From contig DCBQ01000005.1 of assembly GCA_002313515.1 (NCBI GenBank), positions 16,240-80,239 of the forward strand: a stretch of DNA of 64,000 nucleotides, given 5' to 3'. The stretch is from Candidatus Saccharibacteria bacterium UBA1103 (lineage in GTDB: Bacteria > Patescibacteriota > Saccharimonadia > Saccharimonadales > Saccharimonadaceae). Positions within the stretch are counted from its first letter, which is position 1. The number at the start of each line of letters is the position of its first letter. Shown here piece by piece: positions 8,955 to 17,537 of the stretch. Below the pieces are notes generated by a model. It made no database searches. It was not told where the DNA came from and saw nothing but the letters and a program-made list of their open reading frames with translations. A program made the position numbers and the translations under genes.

Positions 8955-10190
8955 CTAATTAACACTCTTAATGCGATTGCTTAGCTCGGAATAATCATTA
9001 TAGGCGGTTTCTAGTAGCTTCTTGGTCTCCTCGTTGTCGGTGCTGTTGTAGATTTCCTTGATATCGCTGACTACCTTATCGGTGGCACTCTGCAACTCCT
9101 TCTTAAACGAGCTATCTAGTACACCTTGTGATTTAGCTTTGTCTAGATTATTCTTGATGTCTTCGCTGGCGGTGGGCTCGACAGTGTTGCCATCCTTGTC
9201 GGTAGCGGCAATGTCAATTTTGCCTGATAAGATTTTGAACTGCGACTTTGATGTTAAGCTAATTTCCGCATTGACATTGGAGATGTTGGTATTAAAGTCT
9301 TCGGCGGCATCTTCACCGTACTGAGTAACACCTTGTAGATTGGCGATATCTTGGCCTAGCTGAGTTAAGCTGGCAGCGGATGGGCCGTTTTGCTTGCTAC
9401 CGCCAACTGCCGCAATAACCGACACAATGATGACTAGAGCAATTACACCTCCGCCAATTGCCATAAAGAGTTTGCTTGACAGGGGATTAGCGGATAGAGC
9501 CCCAAATCCGCTCTTGCGCGGAGTGTCGGGTGCGATGTAATTCAAGTAGTCAATATTGCCGTAGGTTGGCTGAGGCGGCTGATCAATTGGTAATTGCCCT
9601 GGGCCACCATTAGGAGCAGTGGTCTGTTGACTGTAGGCTTGGTTGGGTGTGGGCTGACCAGGAATAGCGGGCATGGCTGGTGGTGCCATATAGGCCTGGT
9701 TGTAATTTGAGCTGCTAGGCTGCGGCGGCGTGCCATACGGATAACCGTTGGGCTGATTGCTCTGTGGTGGATAAGAGCCACTATAATTATATCCTTGAGG
9801 CATCTGGTTATTGTTGTTATATTGTCCTTGCGCTTGCTGGGAATTGAGAACGAAACTGCTTGGGTCAATATTGAGACGCTTCTCTTTGCGCAAGCTTGGG
9901 GCATAGCCTGAATAGTAGTTAGATGCAATAACAGTGCTACTACCAGCACCATTGACGGGGTTACTATGTTTATTGTGATGGGTGGCGGGAGCACCGGGTA
10001 ATATATTGGCATTGCCAGTTGGCATATTTCCGCCGAGCAGGCTATTGTTATTGCCAGCTACGGCGGAGTTGTCAACGACGGGCGCTGAATTCAGCGGGTG
10101 ATGGGGGTCGTTAAAGGACGGTGCTTGATACTGCACTATATTCGGGCTAAAAGTCCGGTTGGAAGCTCCAGAATCCCCACCTCTACTCAT
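8955..10190 (-). CDS. Single-pass membrane protein with a Q/N/P/Y-rich low-complexity N-terminal region
   Basis: Start moved to MSRGGDSG (10190) because a TGtTAATAT -10 box lies 7 nt upstream. TM LFMAIGGGVIALVIIVSVIAAVGG, then a ~150-aa helical C-terminal domain. Confidence 0.55.
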   Translation of the reverse strand: MSRGGDSGASNRTFSPNIVQYQAPSFNDPHHPLNSAPVVDNSAVAGNNNSLLGGNMPTGNANILPGAPATHHNKHSNPVNGAGSSTVIASNYYSGYAPSLRKEKRLNIDPSSFVLNSQQAQGQYNNNNQMPQGYNYSGSYPPQSNQPNGYPYGTPPQPSSSNYNQAYMAPPAMPAIPGQPTPNQAYSQQTTAPNGGPGQLPIDQPPQPTYGNIDYLNYIAPDTPRKSGFGALSANPLSSKLFMAIGGGVIALVIIVSVIAAVGGSKQNGPSAASLTQLGQDIANLQGVTQYGEDAAEDFNTNISNVNAEISLTSKSQFKILSGKIDIAATDKDGNTVEPTASEDIKNNLDKAKSQGVLDSSFKKELQSATDKVVSDIKEIYNSTDNEETKKLLETAYNDYSELSNRIKSVN

Positions 10191-10197
10191 ACTTAAA

Positions 10198-10206
10198 ATA
10201 TTAACA
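10198..10206 (-). promoter_or_regulatory. Extended -10 box (TGtTAATAT), 7 nt upstream of ATG at 10190; leaderless
   Basis: Minus strand reads TGTTAATAT-TTTAAGT-ATG. Confidence 0.5.
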
Positions 10207-10233
10207 CAAGCGGCACTGATTCTCAATCTAATA

Positions 10234-10239
10234 TATAAT
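10234..10239 (+). promoter_or_regulatory. -10 box TATAAT, 7 nt upstream of dnaG ATG; leaderless
   Basis: TATAAT-ATAGTCA-ATG. Back to back with the divergent promoter inside a 56-bp spacer. Confidence 0.5.
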
Positions 10240-10246
10240 ATAGTCA

Positions 10247-12076
10247 ATGAGCGATTTGAATGACGCCAAGGAAGAAATTCGGTCGAAGCTGGCCATCGAG
10301 GATGTGATTGGCCAGTATGTGCAGCTGAAGCGAGCAGGGCGGTACTGGAAGGGCCTTAGTCCTTTCACTAACGAACGCACGCCATCCTTTATTGTGACGC
10401 CAGAACGTGACATCTGGCACGACTTCTCCTCTGGTCAGGGTGGCGATATCTTTAGCTTTATTATGTTAGCGGAAGGCGTAGACTTCATGGGCGCCATGGA
10501 AATATTAGCCAAGAAGGCTGGGGTGGACTTGTCACAATATGACCGCCGTCGACCGCAAGGGCAAGGTCAGAAAAAAGAGCGCATTTTAGATATGAATATA
10601 CTGGCAGTTAACTATTTCCAGCATTGCTTAATTGACTCAAAACCAGCTATGTCCTACGCTCGCGATAAGCGACAGCTCACCAAGCAAACTATCCTGGATT
10701 GGGGTATTGGCTATGCTCCCAGTCGTCATAATCTAAAACAGTTATTAATGGATAAGGGTTATAGTCGCGAAGAGATAAAATCGGCGGGACTGAATCTGTT
10801 CGAGGACTATAATTTTCGTGGCGAAGGTGAAGGTTACCATGGTGGTAATCGCCTAATGATACCATTAAGGGATAGTCAGGGTCAGGTGGTTGGTTTTACT
10901 GCGCGTATCTTAGATAATCACCAACCGAAGTACATCAACACGCCAGCCACCCTGGTGTACGACAAGGGTCGGCAGTTGTTTGGGTTGAGCTTTGCCAAAA
11001 AAGCAATTCGTGAGCAGGACTTTGTAATTGTGGTGGAGGGCAATATGGATGTGATGACATCTAGTCAAGCAGGGGTAAAAAATATTGTGGCAGTGGCGGG
11101 CACGGCACTAACCGAGTACCATCTAAAATCGCTAGGACGCTTAACTAACGACATCCGATTCTGCTTTGATAGTGACCGGGCGGGCGTAGCAGCCACTGAG
11201 CGGGCAATTAAACTTGCTGAACCATTGGACTTGAAGCTATCGGTAATCGATTATTCCTCGGCAGGCGTAAAGGACCCAGACGAGCTAATAAAAAAGGATG
11301 TTGAAGCTTGGAAGAAGCTAGCTAGTACCAACGTGCCAGCGGTGGACTGGGTGATCAATAAATACGTGGCGACCAACGACCTTACTACAGCTGAGGGTAA
11401 GAAGGAGGTGACCACTAAAGCCTTGAACGTAGTGCGCGGCCTGAGCGATCCTGTGGAAGTGGAGTTCTACTTAAAGAAGATTGCGGATGTTACAGGGGTT
11501 AGCCTTGATAGTGTCAAGGCTAAGCTAAAAGGTGAGGCTACTAAAGCTGCGGCTAGACCAGTACACTTAAAGCCTGCCAAGACTAAGCTAGACGAATTGG
11601 GCAAACGCAATAGCCAGTACTGTTTAAACGCCATCTTTGCTATTGCTAGCCAAGATCAGACTTGCCGCGGTCTGCTGGTGCATCTGCCGGATGACGCTCT
11701 GAATGACGTATTTCAACGCTTAAAATATCTGTTACTTAATCAGCCCCTGGAAGGGCAGCCAGTCAAGCTGACTAGCGACTTATCGGACAAACTGGCTGAG
11801 TTAACCATGTTCTACGATCAAGAACTGGCGGCTGCTAAAAATAACCGACTGATGATTCTGGAGAATTTTACGCAGCTAGAACGCTTAAAAACTGCTACTC
11901 GACTAGATCAACTACAGGCACAGTTCAACGAAGCTTTTGAACAGGGAAATGATGGGGTAGCGAGCGATATTAATCGGGAAATGAATGTGGTGCGTGGGCA
12001 ATTGAATAACATTGAACGTAGTAATGCTAGTAACGACTTTGCTGGGCTAAGGACAATTTGGCAAATCAAGGATTAG
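10247..12076 (+). CDS. dnaG: DNA primase
   Basis: 609 aa. N-terminal zinc-ribbon region (..CPF-like SPFTNERTPSFIV..) and TOPRIM (..VVVEGNMDV..). dnaG-rpoD order is conserved. Confidence 0.9.
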   Translation: MSDLNDAKEEIRSKLAIEDVIGQYVQLKRAGRYWKGLSPFTNERTPSFIVTPERDIWHDFSSGQGGDIFSFIMLAEGVDFMGAMEILAKKAGVDLSQYDRRRPQGQGQKKERILDMNILAVNYFQHCLIDSKPAMSYARDKRQLTKQTILDWGIGYAPSRHNLKQLLMDKGYSREEIKSAGLNLFEDYNFRGEGEGYHGGNRLMIPLRDSQGQVVGFTARILDNHQPKYINTPATLVYDKGRQLFGLSFAKKAIREQDFVIVVEGNMDVMTSSQAGVKNIVAVAGTALTEYHLKSLGRLTNDIRFCFDSDRAGVAATERAIKLAEPLDLKLSVIDYSSAGVKDPDELIKKDVEAWKKLASTNVPAVDWVINKYVATNDLTTAEGKKEVTTKALNVVRGLSDPVEVEFYLKKIADVTGVSLDSVKAKLKGEATKAAARPVHLKPAKTKLDELGKRNSQYCLNAIFAIASQDQTCRGLLVHLPDDALNDVFQRLKYLLLNQPLEGQPVKLTSDLSDKLAELTMFYDQELAAAKNNRLMILENFTQLERLKTATRLDQLQAQFNEAFEQGNDGVASDINREMNVVRGQLNNIERSNASNDFAGLRTIWQIKD

Positions 12077-12099
12077 CTATTGCATAGCCGATGTGGCTG

Positions 12100-12108
12100 T
12101 GGTAATAT
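12100..12108 (+). promoter_or_regulatory. Extended -10 box (TGgTAATAT), candidate rpoD promoter
   Basis: TGGTAATAT lies ~105 nt upstream of the rpoD start. rpoD has SD AGGGAG. Confidence 0.4.
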
Positions 12109-12213
12109 TTACTATGAGTATGGGCTTATTTTAGCTTGCGCGCATGAAGAAGCGCTGATGAAAATTCCAACACTATAAAATAAACAGCTAAGTTGCTAAG
12201 AAGGGAGTTTTGC

Positions 12214-13332
12214 GTGGCGAAGAAAAAGCAGAAGCCGTCGATTGACGAAGACATTTTGCTAAATGAGAGTGCTGATTTAACTGACGGTGACATGCCAGAG
12301 GATCTAGAGGCCGTTGATATCGACGATGATACGGTTATCGAGCCGACCGATATTGATGAGATTTCAGATGACTCAGTGCGGGTGTACCTACGGGAAATCG
12401 GTCGTATTCCGCTATTGAAGCCTGAGGAAGAGGCAGAACTGGCGCAGGAAATTATTAAAAATGTCGAGCCGCTAAAACAAGCCGAGCAGGAACTAGAGGA
12501 AGTTAAGAAACAGCTAGCGGACAAAAATTTGGATCAGAGCACTAAGGCTAAGCTGCGCAGACAGCAGAGCAAGCTGAATCTAAAAATCAAGCGATTGAAG
12601 CGGCCGAAAGATAAAATGGCCGAGGCCAATATGCGCCTAGTGGTTAGTATTGCTAAGCGTTATTCTGGTCGTGGGCTGGACTTTCTTGACCTAATTCAAG
12701 AGGGCAATACGGGCTTGTTGCGTGCGGTAGAGAAATTCGATCCGGATAAGGGCTTTAAGTTCTCGACCTATGCCACCTGGTGGATTCGTCAGGCTATTAC
12801 CCGAGCTATCGCCGACCAGGCTCGCACTATTCGCATTCCAGTACACATGGTGGAAACTATCAATAAACTATTACGTACTCAGCGCAAACTGACCCAGGAC
12901 TTGAACCGTGAACCGACTGTCGAGGAGTTAGCTAAAGCGATGGATGAGACGCCAGAAAAAATTAAATATGTGTTCAAGATCAAGCAAGACATCCAGTCAC
13001 TGGATGCCACCATCGGCGGTAGCGATGACGACGATTCGTCCGAACTAGGTAACTTTGTTGAGGATGATACGACCGCTAGCCCGGAGGACGCTGCGAGTAA
13101 TCATCTATTGAAAGAGCAGGTAATGGAAGTAGTTGGTACGCTATCGGATCGCGAGCAGAAGATTATAAAACTCCGCTTTGGCCTGGATGGCGGTCGTCCG
13201 CATACCCTCGAGGAAGTGGGCGCAGAATTTGCAGTGACCCGTGAGCGTATTCGCCAAATTGAGGCGAAAGCCCTGGCTAAGTTGCGCAAGAACAAGGAAA
13301 CCGACCGTCTGCACGACTATCTAGAACAGTAA
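12214..13332 (+). CDS. rpoD: RNA polymerase sigma factor RpoD (sigma-70)
   Basis: Regions 1.2-4 are present (..[11 protein letters not shown].., ..[12 protein letters not shown].., ..[14 protein letters not shown].., ..[20 protein letters not shown]..). GTG at 12214 has AGGGAG 6 nt upstream; the track start 12193 (TTG) is the alternative. Confidence 0.9.
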   Translation: MAKKKQKPSIDEDILLNESADLTDGDMPEDLEAVDIDDDTVIEPTDIDEISDDSVRVYLREIGRIPLLKPEEEAELAQEIIKNVEPLKQAEQELEEVKKQLADKNLDQSTKAKLRRQQSKLNLKIKRLKRPKDKMAEANMRLVVSIAKRYSGRGLDFLDLIQEGNTGLLRAVEKFDPDKGFKFSTYATWWIRQAITRAIADQARTIRIPVHMVETINKLLRTQRKLTQDLNREPTVEELAKAMDETPEKIKYVFKIKQDIQSLDATIGGSDDDDSSELGNFVEDDTTASPEDAASNHLLKEQVMEVVGTLSDREQKIIKLRFGLDGGRPHTLEEVGAEFAVTRERIRQIEAKALAKLRKNKETDRLHDYLEQ

Positions 13333-13342
13333 TAACTTTAGT

Positions 13343-13398
13343 GTCCCGCCCTAGTGAGGGCGGGCAAGCTGGCGCTTTAGCGCCGCTGGGTGGGTTTG
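13343..13398 (+). repeat. Two-hairpin palindromic element, (+) copy
   Basis: GTCCCGCCC-TAGTGA-GGGCGGGC AAGCTGGCGC-TTTA-GCGCCGCTGGGTGGGTTTGG. It is read through by the over-extended track ORF 13341. Confidence 0.9.
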
Positions 13399-13409
13399 GC
13401 TGTATATGG

Positions 13410-13418
13410 TGCTACAAT
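13410..13418 (+). promoter_or_regulatory. Extended -10 box (TGcTACAAT), 6 nt upstream of polA ATG 13425; leaderless
   Basis: TGCTACAAT-ATACCT-ATG. Confidence 0.55.
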
Positions 13419-13424
13419 ATACCT

Positions 13425-15971
13425 ATGAGTAACCCAACCCTCGCCGGTAATAAGAAAATTTTAGCCCTGATTGATGGTAAGTCCGTCTTTTATCGGGGCT
13501 ATTATGGTATGCCGCACCTTAGCACCAAGGATGGCACGCCGACTGGTGGAGTGTACGGTTTTGCCATGCTGGCTTTGCAACTAATCAATCAGATTAAACC
13601 AGATTACGTGGCGGTGGCGTGGGACAAGCCACATACTAATATCCGTCGCCGTCTAAAAATTTATTCGGGCTACAAGGCTGGACGTAAGCCAGCCCCGCCA
13701 GACTTTTATCAGCAGATTCCGATTCTGCATAAATTACTGGCGGCGCTGGGCTGGCCGTTATACGAGCTGGACGATTACGAGGCCGATGACATTATGGGCA
13801 CGCTAAGTAAACAGGCCAACGAGCAGGGTATTTTTACGGTTATGATCACCTCGGATCTAGATATGTTGCAGCTAATTGATGACGATACTGAGCTGTTCGC
13901 CATGAAGAAAGGGTTGGCTAATATTGAGAAGTTTGATCGCCACGCCTTTGAGGAAAAATACGGCATTAAGGTTGAACAATTTTTGGATCTGAAGGCCCTG
14001 AAGGGAGATAACTCTGATAATATCCCCGGCGTACCCGGCGTGGGTGAAAAAACGGGCATTAAGCTGCTACAAGACTATGGCACGCTGGATGGCGTTTATG
14101 AACATGTGGATGAAGTCAAGGGCAGCTTACACGATAAATTGATTAACGGTCGCAATTCGGCCTACATGTCGCGGGAACTGGGGTTGATTATGTGCGATGC
14201 GCCACTGACCTTAGATTTGAAAGCCATGGATATGCGCAACTTGGACCGGGCCAAACTACATAAGATGCTATTGGACCTCGAGTTTACTAGCCTAATTAAG
14301 AAACTGCCCGACGTCATGCAGGATGACAGCGGTGAGATGGTGACCACTGGCCATACGCTACCGAATACTAAAATTATAGATAGTGAATTGCCGCTCAGCG
14401 AAGTGGTGATGGTGCAGGCAGTAGATGACCAGCTGTACCTCAGTCCCGATAAGGAACGGGCCTATAAGGCTAGTTGGCAGCGGACGGCGGAACTGTTAAA
14501 AGGCAAGCGGGTAATTACCCATGACGCTAAGAAATTAGCTGAACAATTTCTGTCTCGCAACCTTGATGTTAATTGGACGGTAGAATTTGACACCAAGCAT
14601 GCTCAGTTTTTGATTAATTCCTTGAACGGCAGCCGGGAACTTAGTGAAATCGTGGCCGATCTAAAGCCAACCTCCGCTACCACGACTGACCAGCTAGCTA
14701 CCGTATGGATGCTATATAACGAGCTGTCACCCGAACTAGCCAAACTAACTAAATTAAATGACCTGGCGCATAATGTGGATTTTCCGCTGCAGCTACTGCT
14801 GGCGAAAATTGAGGCGCGGGGGATGTTAGTGGACACGGCGCAGCTGGCTAAAATGTCGGACGACTTGGACGGGCGGATTAATGATCTGCAGTCACAGATA
14901 TGGCAGGGCGTGGGTTATGAATTTAATATTGGCAGCCCGAAGCAGCTATCCGAGGCGCTCTTTGATAAGCTCGGTCTACCGGCCACTAAGAAGCGCAATA
15001 AGAGTGGCTTCTACCCCACGGGCGCCAAGGAGCTGGCTAAGTTGCACGGTGCTAATCCGGTAATTGAACTGATTGAGCAGTACCGGATGCTAACCAAACT
15101 AAAGTCCACCTATATCGACACATTACCGAAAGCGGTCGGCCTTGACGGGCGGATTCATACCACCTTTAGTCAGGACGTGACGGCGACGGGACGGTTGTCG
15201 TCCTCTAATCCAAATCTACAAAATATCCCCAGTCGTACCGCCGAGGGTAAGGAAATTAAAAAATGCTTTGTAGCGCCGGCGGGGCGGGTAATCGTAAATG
15301 CCGATTATGCCCAGTTCGAGCTACGGCTCGCAACCGCACTGGCACATGATCAACGCATGATCGAGATGTTCAGCGATGACCGTAACGATATTCACCGTAT
15401 GACTGCCGCCGAGGCATACGGTATTCCGGTGGACCAGGTGACGGATGAGCAGCGGCGCCATGCTAAGGTGATTAACTTTGGTGTGCTATACGGCATGAGT
15501 CCGCACGGCCTGGCCGAGGCGACCGGTATGGATTTTGGTGCGGCTAAAAAATTTATTGACCGCTACTTCGCTGTGCGTCAACCGATTCGGGACTACCTGG
15601 ATCAGACCCTTGAAATGGCGGCGGAGCAGGGCTGCGTGGAGACGCTGTTTGGCCGGCGCCGTCCAACCCCCGATGTGAAATCGAGCAACTTCATGGTACG
15701 CGAGGCGGCCAAGCGGGCGGCGGCCAACATGCCGATTCAGGGCACCGAGGCCGATCTAATGAAAATGGCGATGCTAAGGGTTGAGGCGGCCCTACCAGAT
15801 ACAGCCCTGCAGGTCATGCAGGTGCACGATTCCATCATGGTGGAATGTGACGAAGTGGACGCGCCAGAAATCGCCGCCCAGATGAAGCAAATCATGGAAA
15901 ATATCTATCCAGCCCTCGGCGTCCGCCTACTTGTCGATGCTCAGTGGGGTCCCAGCTGGGGAAATCTATGA
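13425..15971 (+). CDS. polA: DNA polymerase I
   Basis: 5' nuclease domain (..KILALIDGKSVFYRGYY..), a central exo-like domain, and family A polymerase motifs (..DYAQFELRLA.., ..AKVINFGVLYGM.., ..QVHDSIMVE..). Start moved from 13341 to 13425. Confidence 0.9.
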   Translation: MSNPTLAGNKKILALIDGKSVFYRGYYGMPHLSTKDGTPTGGVYGFAMLALQLINQIKPDYVAVAWDKPHTNIRRRLKIYSGYKAGRKPAPPDFYQQIPILHKLLAALGWPLYELDDYEADDIMGTLSKQANEQGIFTVMITSDLDMLQLIDDDTELFAMKKGLANIEKFDRHAFEEKYGIKVEQFLDLKALKGDNSDNIPGVPGVGEKTGIKLLQDYGTLDGVYEHVDEVKGSLHDKLINGRNSAYMSRELGLIMCDAPLTLDLKAMDMRNLDRAKLHKMLLDLEFTSLIKKLPDVMQDDSGEMVTTGHTLPNTKIIDSELPLSEVVMVQAVDDQLYLSPDKERAYKASWQRTAELLKGKRVITHDAKKLAEQFLSRNLDVNWTVEFDTKHAQFLINSLNGSRELSEIVADLKPTSATTTDQLATVWMLYNELSPELAKLTKLNDLAHNVDFPLQLLLAKIEARGMLVDTAQLAKMSDDLDGRINDLQSQIWQGVGYEFNIGSPKQLSEALFDKLGLPATKKRNKSGFYPTGAKELAKLHGANPVIELIEQYRMLTKLKSTYIDTLPKAVGLDGRIHTTFSQDVTATGRLSSSNPNLQNIPSRTAEGKEIKKCFVAPAGRVIVNADYAQFELRLATALAHDQRMIEMFSDDRNDIHRMTAAEAYGIPVDQVTDEQRRHAKVINFGVLYGMSPHGLAEATGMDFGAAKKFIDRYFAVRQPIRDYLDQTLEMAAEQGCVETLFGRRRPTPDVKSSNFMVREAAKRAAANMPIQGTEADLMKMAMLRVEAALPDTALQVMQVHDSIMVECDEVDAPEIAAQMKQIMENIYPALGVRLLVDAQWGPSWGNL

Positions 15972-16020
15972 TACTGTCATAGCATGACACTACGCTGGAG
16001 CTCTGTCGGTAGGCGCGCTT

Positions 16021-16049
16021 TTGACACCGTGACGTCATGGTGGTATGAT
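16021..16049 (+). promoter_or_regulatory. Near-consensus sigma-70 promoter
   Basis: TTGACA (16021-16026), 17 nt, TGgTATGAT (16041-16049). ATG 16060 lies 10 nt downstream. Confidence 0.65.
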
Positions 16050-16059
16050 GTGGAGTATT

Positions 16060-16692
16060 ATGAGGCGCGGAAGATTTGGACTAATACTACTGATAGCGGT
16101 AGTGTTAATGGTGATGGTGGGCGCAATATTTTGGCTGGGCTCGAATGTATTGACGTCGGGCAGTCAGCACAAGGCAACTGAACAAGGCAAAAACAATAGG
16201 GTTCTGCGTGAGCCGAAGGATGACACGCGGGTGACCTTAAGCGTGCGTGGTCCGGTGGTAGCCAAAGAGAATAGCTATACAATTAGCATTGACATCAGTG
16301 GTGCATCGCGCAAATTATACGTCAACAAAGCATACGGCGGCGCGGAGCTTGTCAAGATTGAGCTAGACAACAATCGGGATTCATTCAAGAACTTCCTACT
16401 GGCCTTATCAGACAACGGTTATGCATCGACCATTAAGTCGGATGTAAAACAGAATAATGGCCTATGCTCGACTGGTCAGCTGATCAACTTTGGCCTATTC
16501 GAGACCAAGGATAAACAGGTGTTGAATAGCTGGACTACTTCGTGTGGTAATACGGCGGGTGACTTTGGCGGTAATCGTAGCCGTGTGATTGCCTTGATTC
16601 TAGATCAGTTCCCTGATGGCAAACAGCAGATCGATAAAGCATTAGATAAGATTAATAAGCAAGAGGATGGCGTGCTATCGCTAACCTTCTAA
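16060..16692 (+). CDS. Hypothetical membrane-anchored/secreted protein
   Basis: Start moved to MRRGRFGLILLIAVVLMVMVG because the track ATG at 16045 lies inside the -10 box. N-terminal TM/signal anchor, no recognised domain. Confidence 0.55.
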   Translation: MRRGRFGLILLIAVVLMVMVGAIFWLGSNVLTSGSQHKATEQGKNNRVLREPKDDTRVTLSVRGPVVAKENSYTISIDISGASRKLYVNKAYGGAELVKIELDNNRDSFKNFLLALSDNGYASTIKSDVKQNNGLCSTGQLINFGLFETKDKQVLNSWTTSCGNTAGDFGGNRSRVIALILDQFPDGKQQIDKALDKINKQEDGVLSLTF

Positions 16693-16702
16693 GGAGAAAT
16701 AA

Positions 16703-16933
16703 ATGAAAGAAGAAACCCCTAAGACTACTAAAACCACGGTTTATCTACCGGACAATTTACGCCTAGAAGTTAAGAAGCATATCCTAGATACTGGCGAAAC
16801 GTTATCCAAGTTTACCGAGATTGCCTTGCGCAACCAGCTAGAGATGGATGCTTCGCGGGCGGGCAAGAAGCGCATTGAGAAGTTAAAGCAGACCGATGAG
16901 CTGGATAGTGTGATTAAGGATTTGCTAAAATAG
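16703..16933 (+). CDS. Ribbon-helix-helix (CopG/Arc-like) small protein
   Basis: 76 aa. ..TTVYLPDNLRLEVKKHILDTGETLSKFTEIALRNQLE.. fits the RHH beta-alpha-alpha pattern. Confidence 0.5.
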   Translation: MKEETPKTTKTTVYLPDNLRLEVKKHILDTGETLSKFTEIALRNQLEMDASRAGKKRIEKLKQTDELDSVIKDLLK

Positions 16934-16958
16934 AAATAGAAAATAGACAGGAGGGTAT

Positions 16959-17537
16959 ATGAAAATTAAAGCTTTACTATTCGATAACTTTGGCGTACTG
17001 ATGGATCCGGTTTATGATACTTTTTGCGAGACCGTTCCGAAGGATGTCTTTGACCAGATTGTGGCGGCGGGACGGCTGTCGGATGCTGGGAAGATTACTA
17101 ATGACGAGCGCAACTTGCTGATGCGGGCGATTCTACAGCCATTAGGCCGAGACGCTGCACAAGAGATTGAGGCGGCGATGGGCCGATCAAAGCGCAACCA
17201 GAAATTATTTGAGTTTATAGAGGCGCACCGCAAGCAGTATAAAATGGCGATTGTGTCAAACGCCTCGGCTAACGTACTGGAGCTATATAAGGGCGTCGAC
17301 CTGAATAAATATTTTGATCAAGTGATTTGGTCGTATCAGGTGAAGGAAATTAAGCCGGAGCCGGAGATTTACCGTTTGGCGGCGGAGCGGCTAGGTGTAC
17401 AGCCTGACGAATGCGTCTTTATCGACGACCGGCAAAGTAATGTCGATGGTGCGGTGACGGCCGGCATGAAGGGAATCCAGTACCGCGATTTTGAACAGTT
17501 CAAGGCGGATCTAGCGAAGTTAGAGCAGGAGGACTAG
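16959..17537 (+). CDS. HAD-superfamily hydrolase (subfamily IA-like)
   Basis: 192 aa. Motif I-like LLFDNFGVL, ..AIVSNAS.., and C-terminal ..VFIDDRQSNVDGA... SD GGAGGG upstream. Confidence 0.7.
   Translation: MKIKALLFDNFGVLMDPVYDTFCETVPKDVFDQIVAAGRLSDAGKITNDERNLLMRAILQPLGRDAAQEIEAAMGRSKRNQKLFEFIEAHRKQYKMAIVSNASANVLELYKGVDLNKYFDQVIWSYQVKEIKPEPEIYRLAAERLGVQPDECVFIDDRQSNVDGAVTAGMKGIQYRDFEQFKADLAKLEQED

Noticed and set aside
9542-10012. 156-aa minus-strand ORF, plus 12126-12524, 22590-22985 and similar overlapping ORFs.
   Set aside because: They overlap well-supported genes (alternate frame or antisense strand). They have low-complexity compositions that reflect the low-complexity or biased sequence of the real genes, and no start signals.
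12109-12134. 6-codon micro-ORF (ATGAGTATGGGCTTATTTTAG) right after the candidate rpoD -10 box, considered as a leaderless uORF.
   Set aside because: The spacing to the -10 box is only 5 nt, and there is no independent support. Too short to evaluate from sequence alone.
13341-13424. N-terminal extensions in the ORF track (polA from 13341; also 57618-57743, 47334-47381, 45222-45305, 25214-25399, 45128-45145, 16045-16059).
   Set aside because: The extensions read through repeat elements, a tRNA or -10 boxes. In each case a TGnTAnnnT box sits 6-10 nt before an internal ATG that gives a canonical protein N-terminus.
16703-16933. RHH protein as the antitoxin of a type II toxin-antitoxin pair.
   Set aside because: No adjacent small toxin-like ORF. 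Upstream is a membrane protein and downstream is a HAD hydrolase. It is more likely a stand-alone CopG-like regulator.
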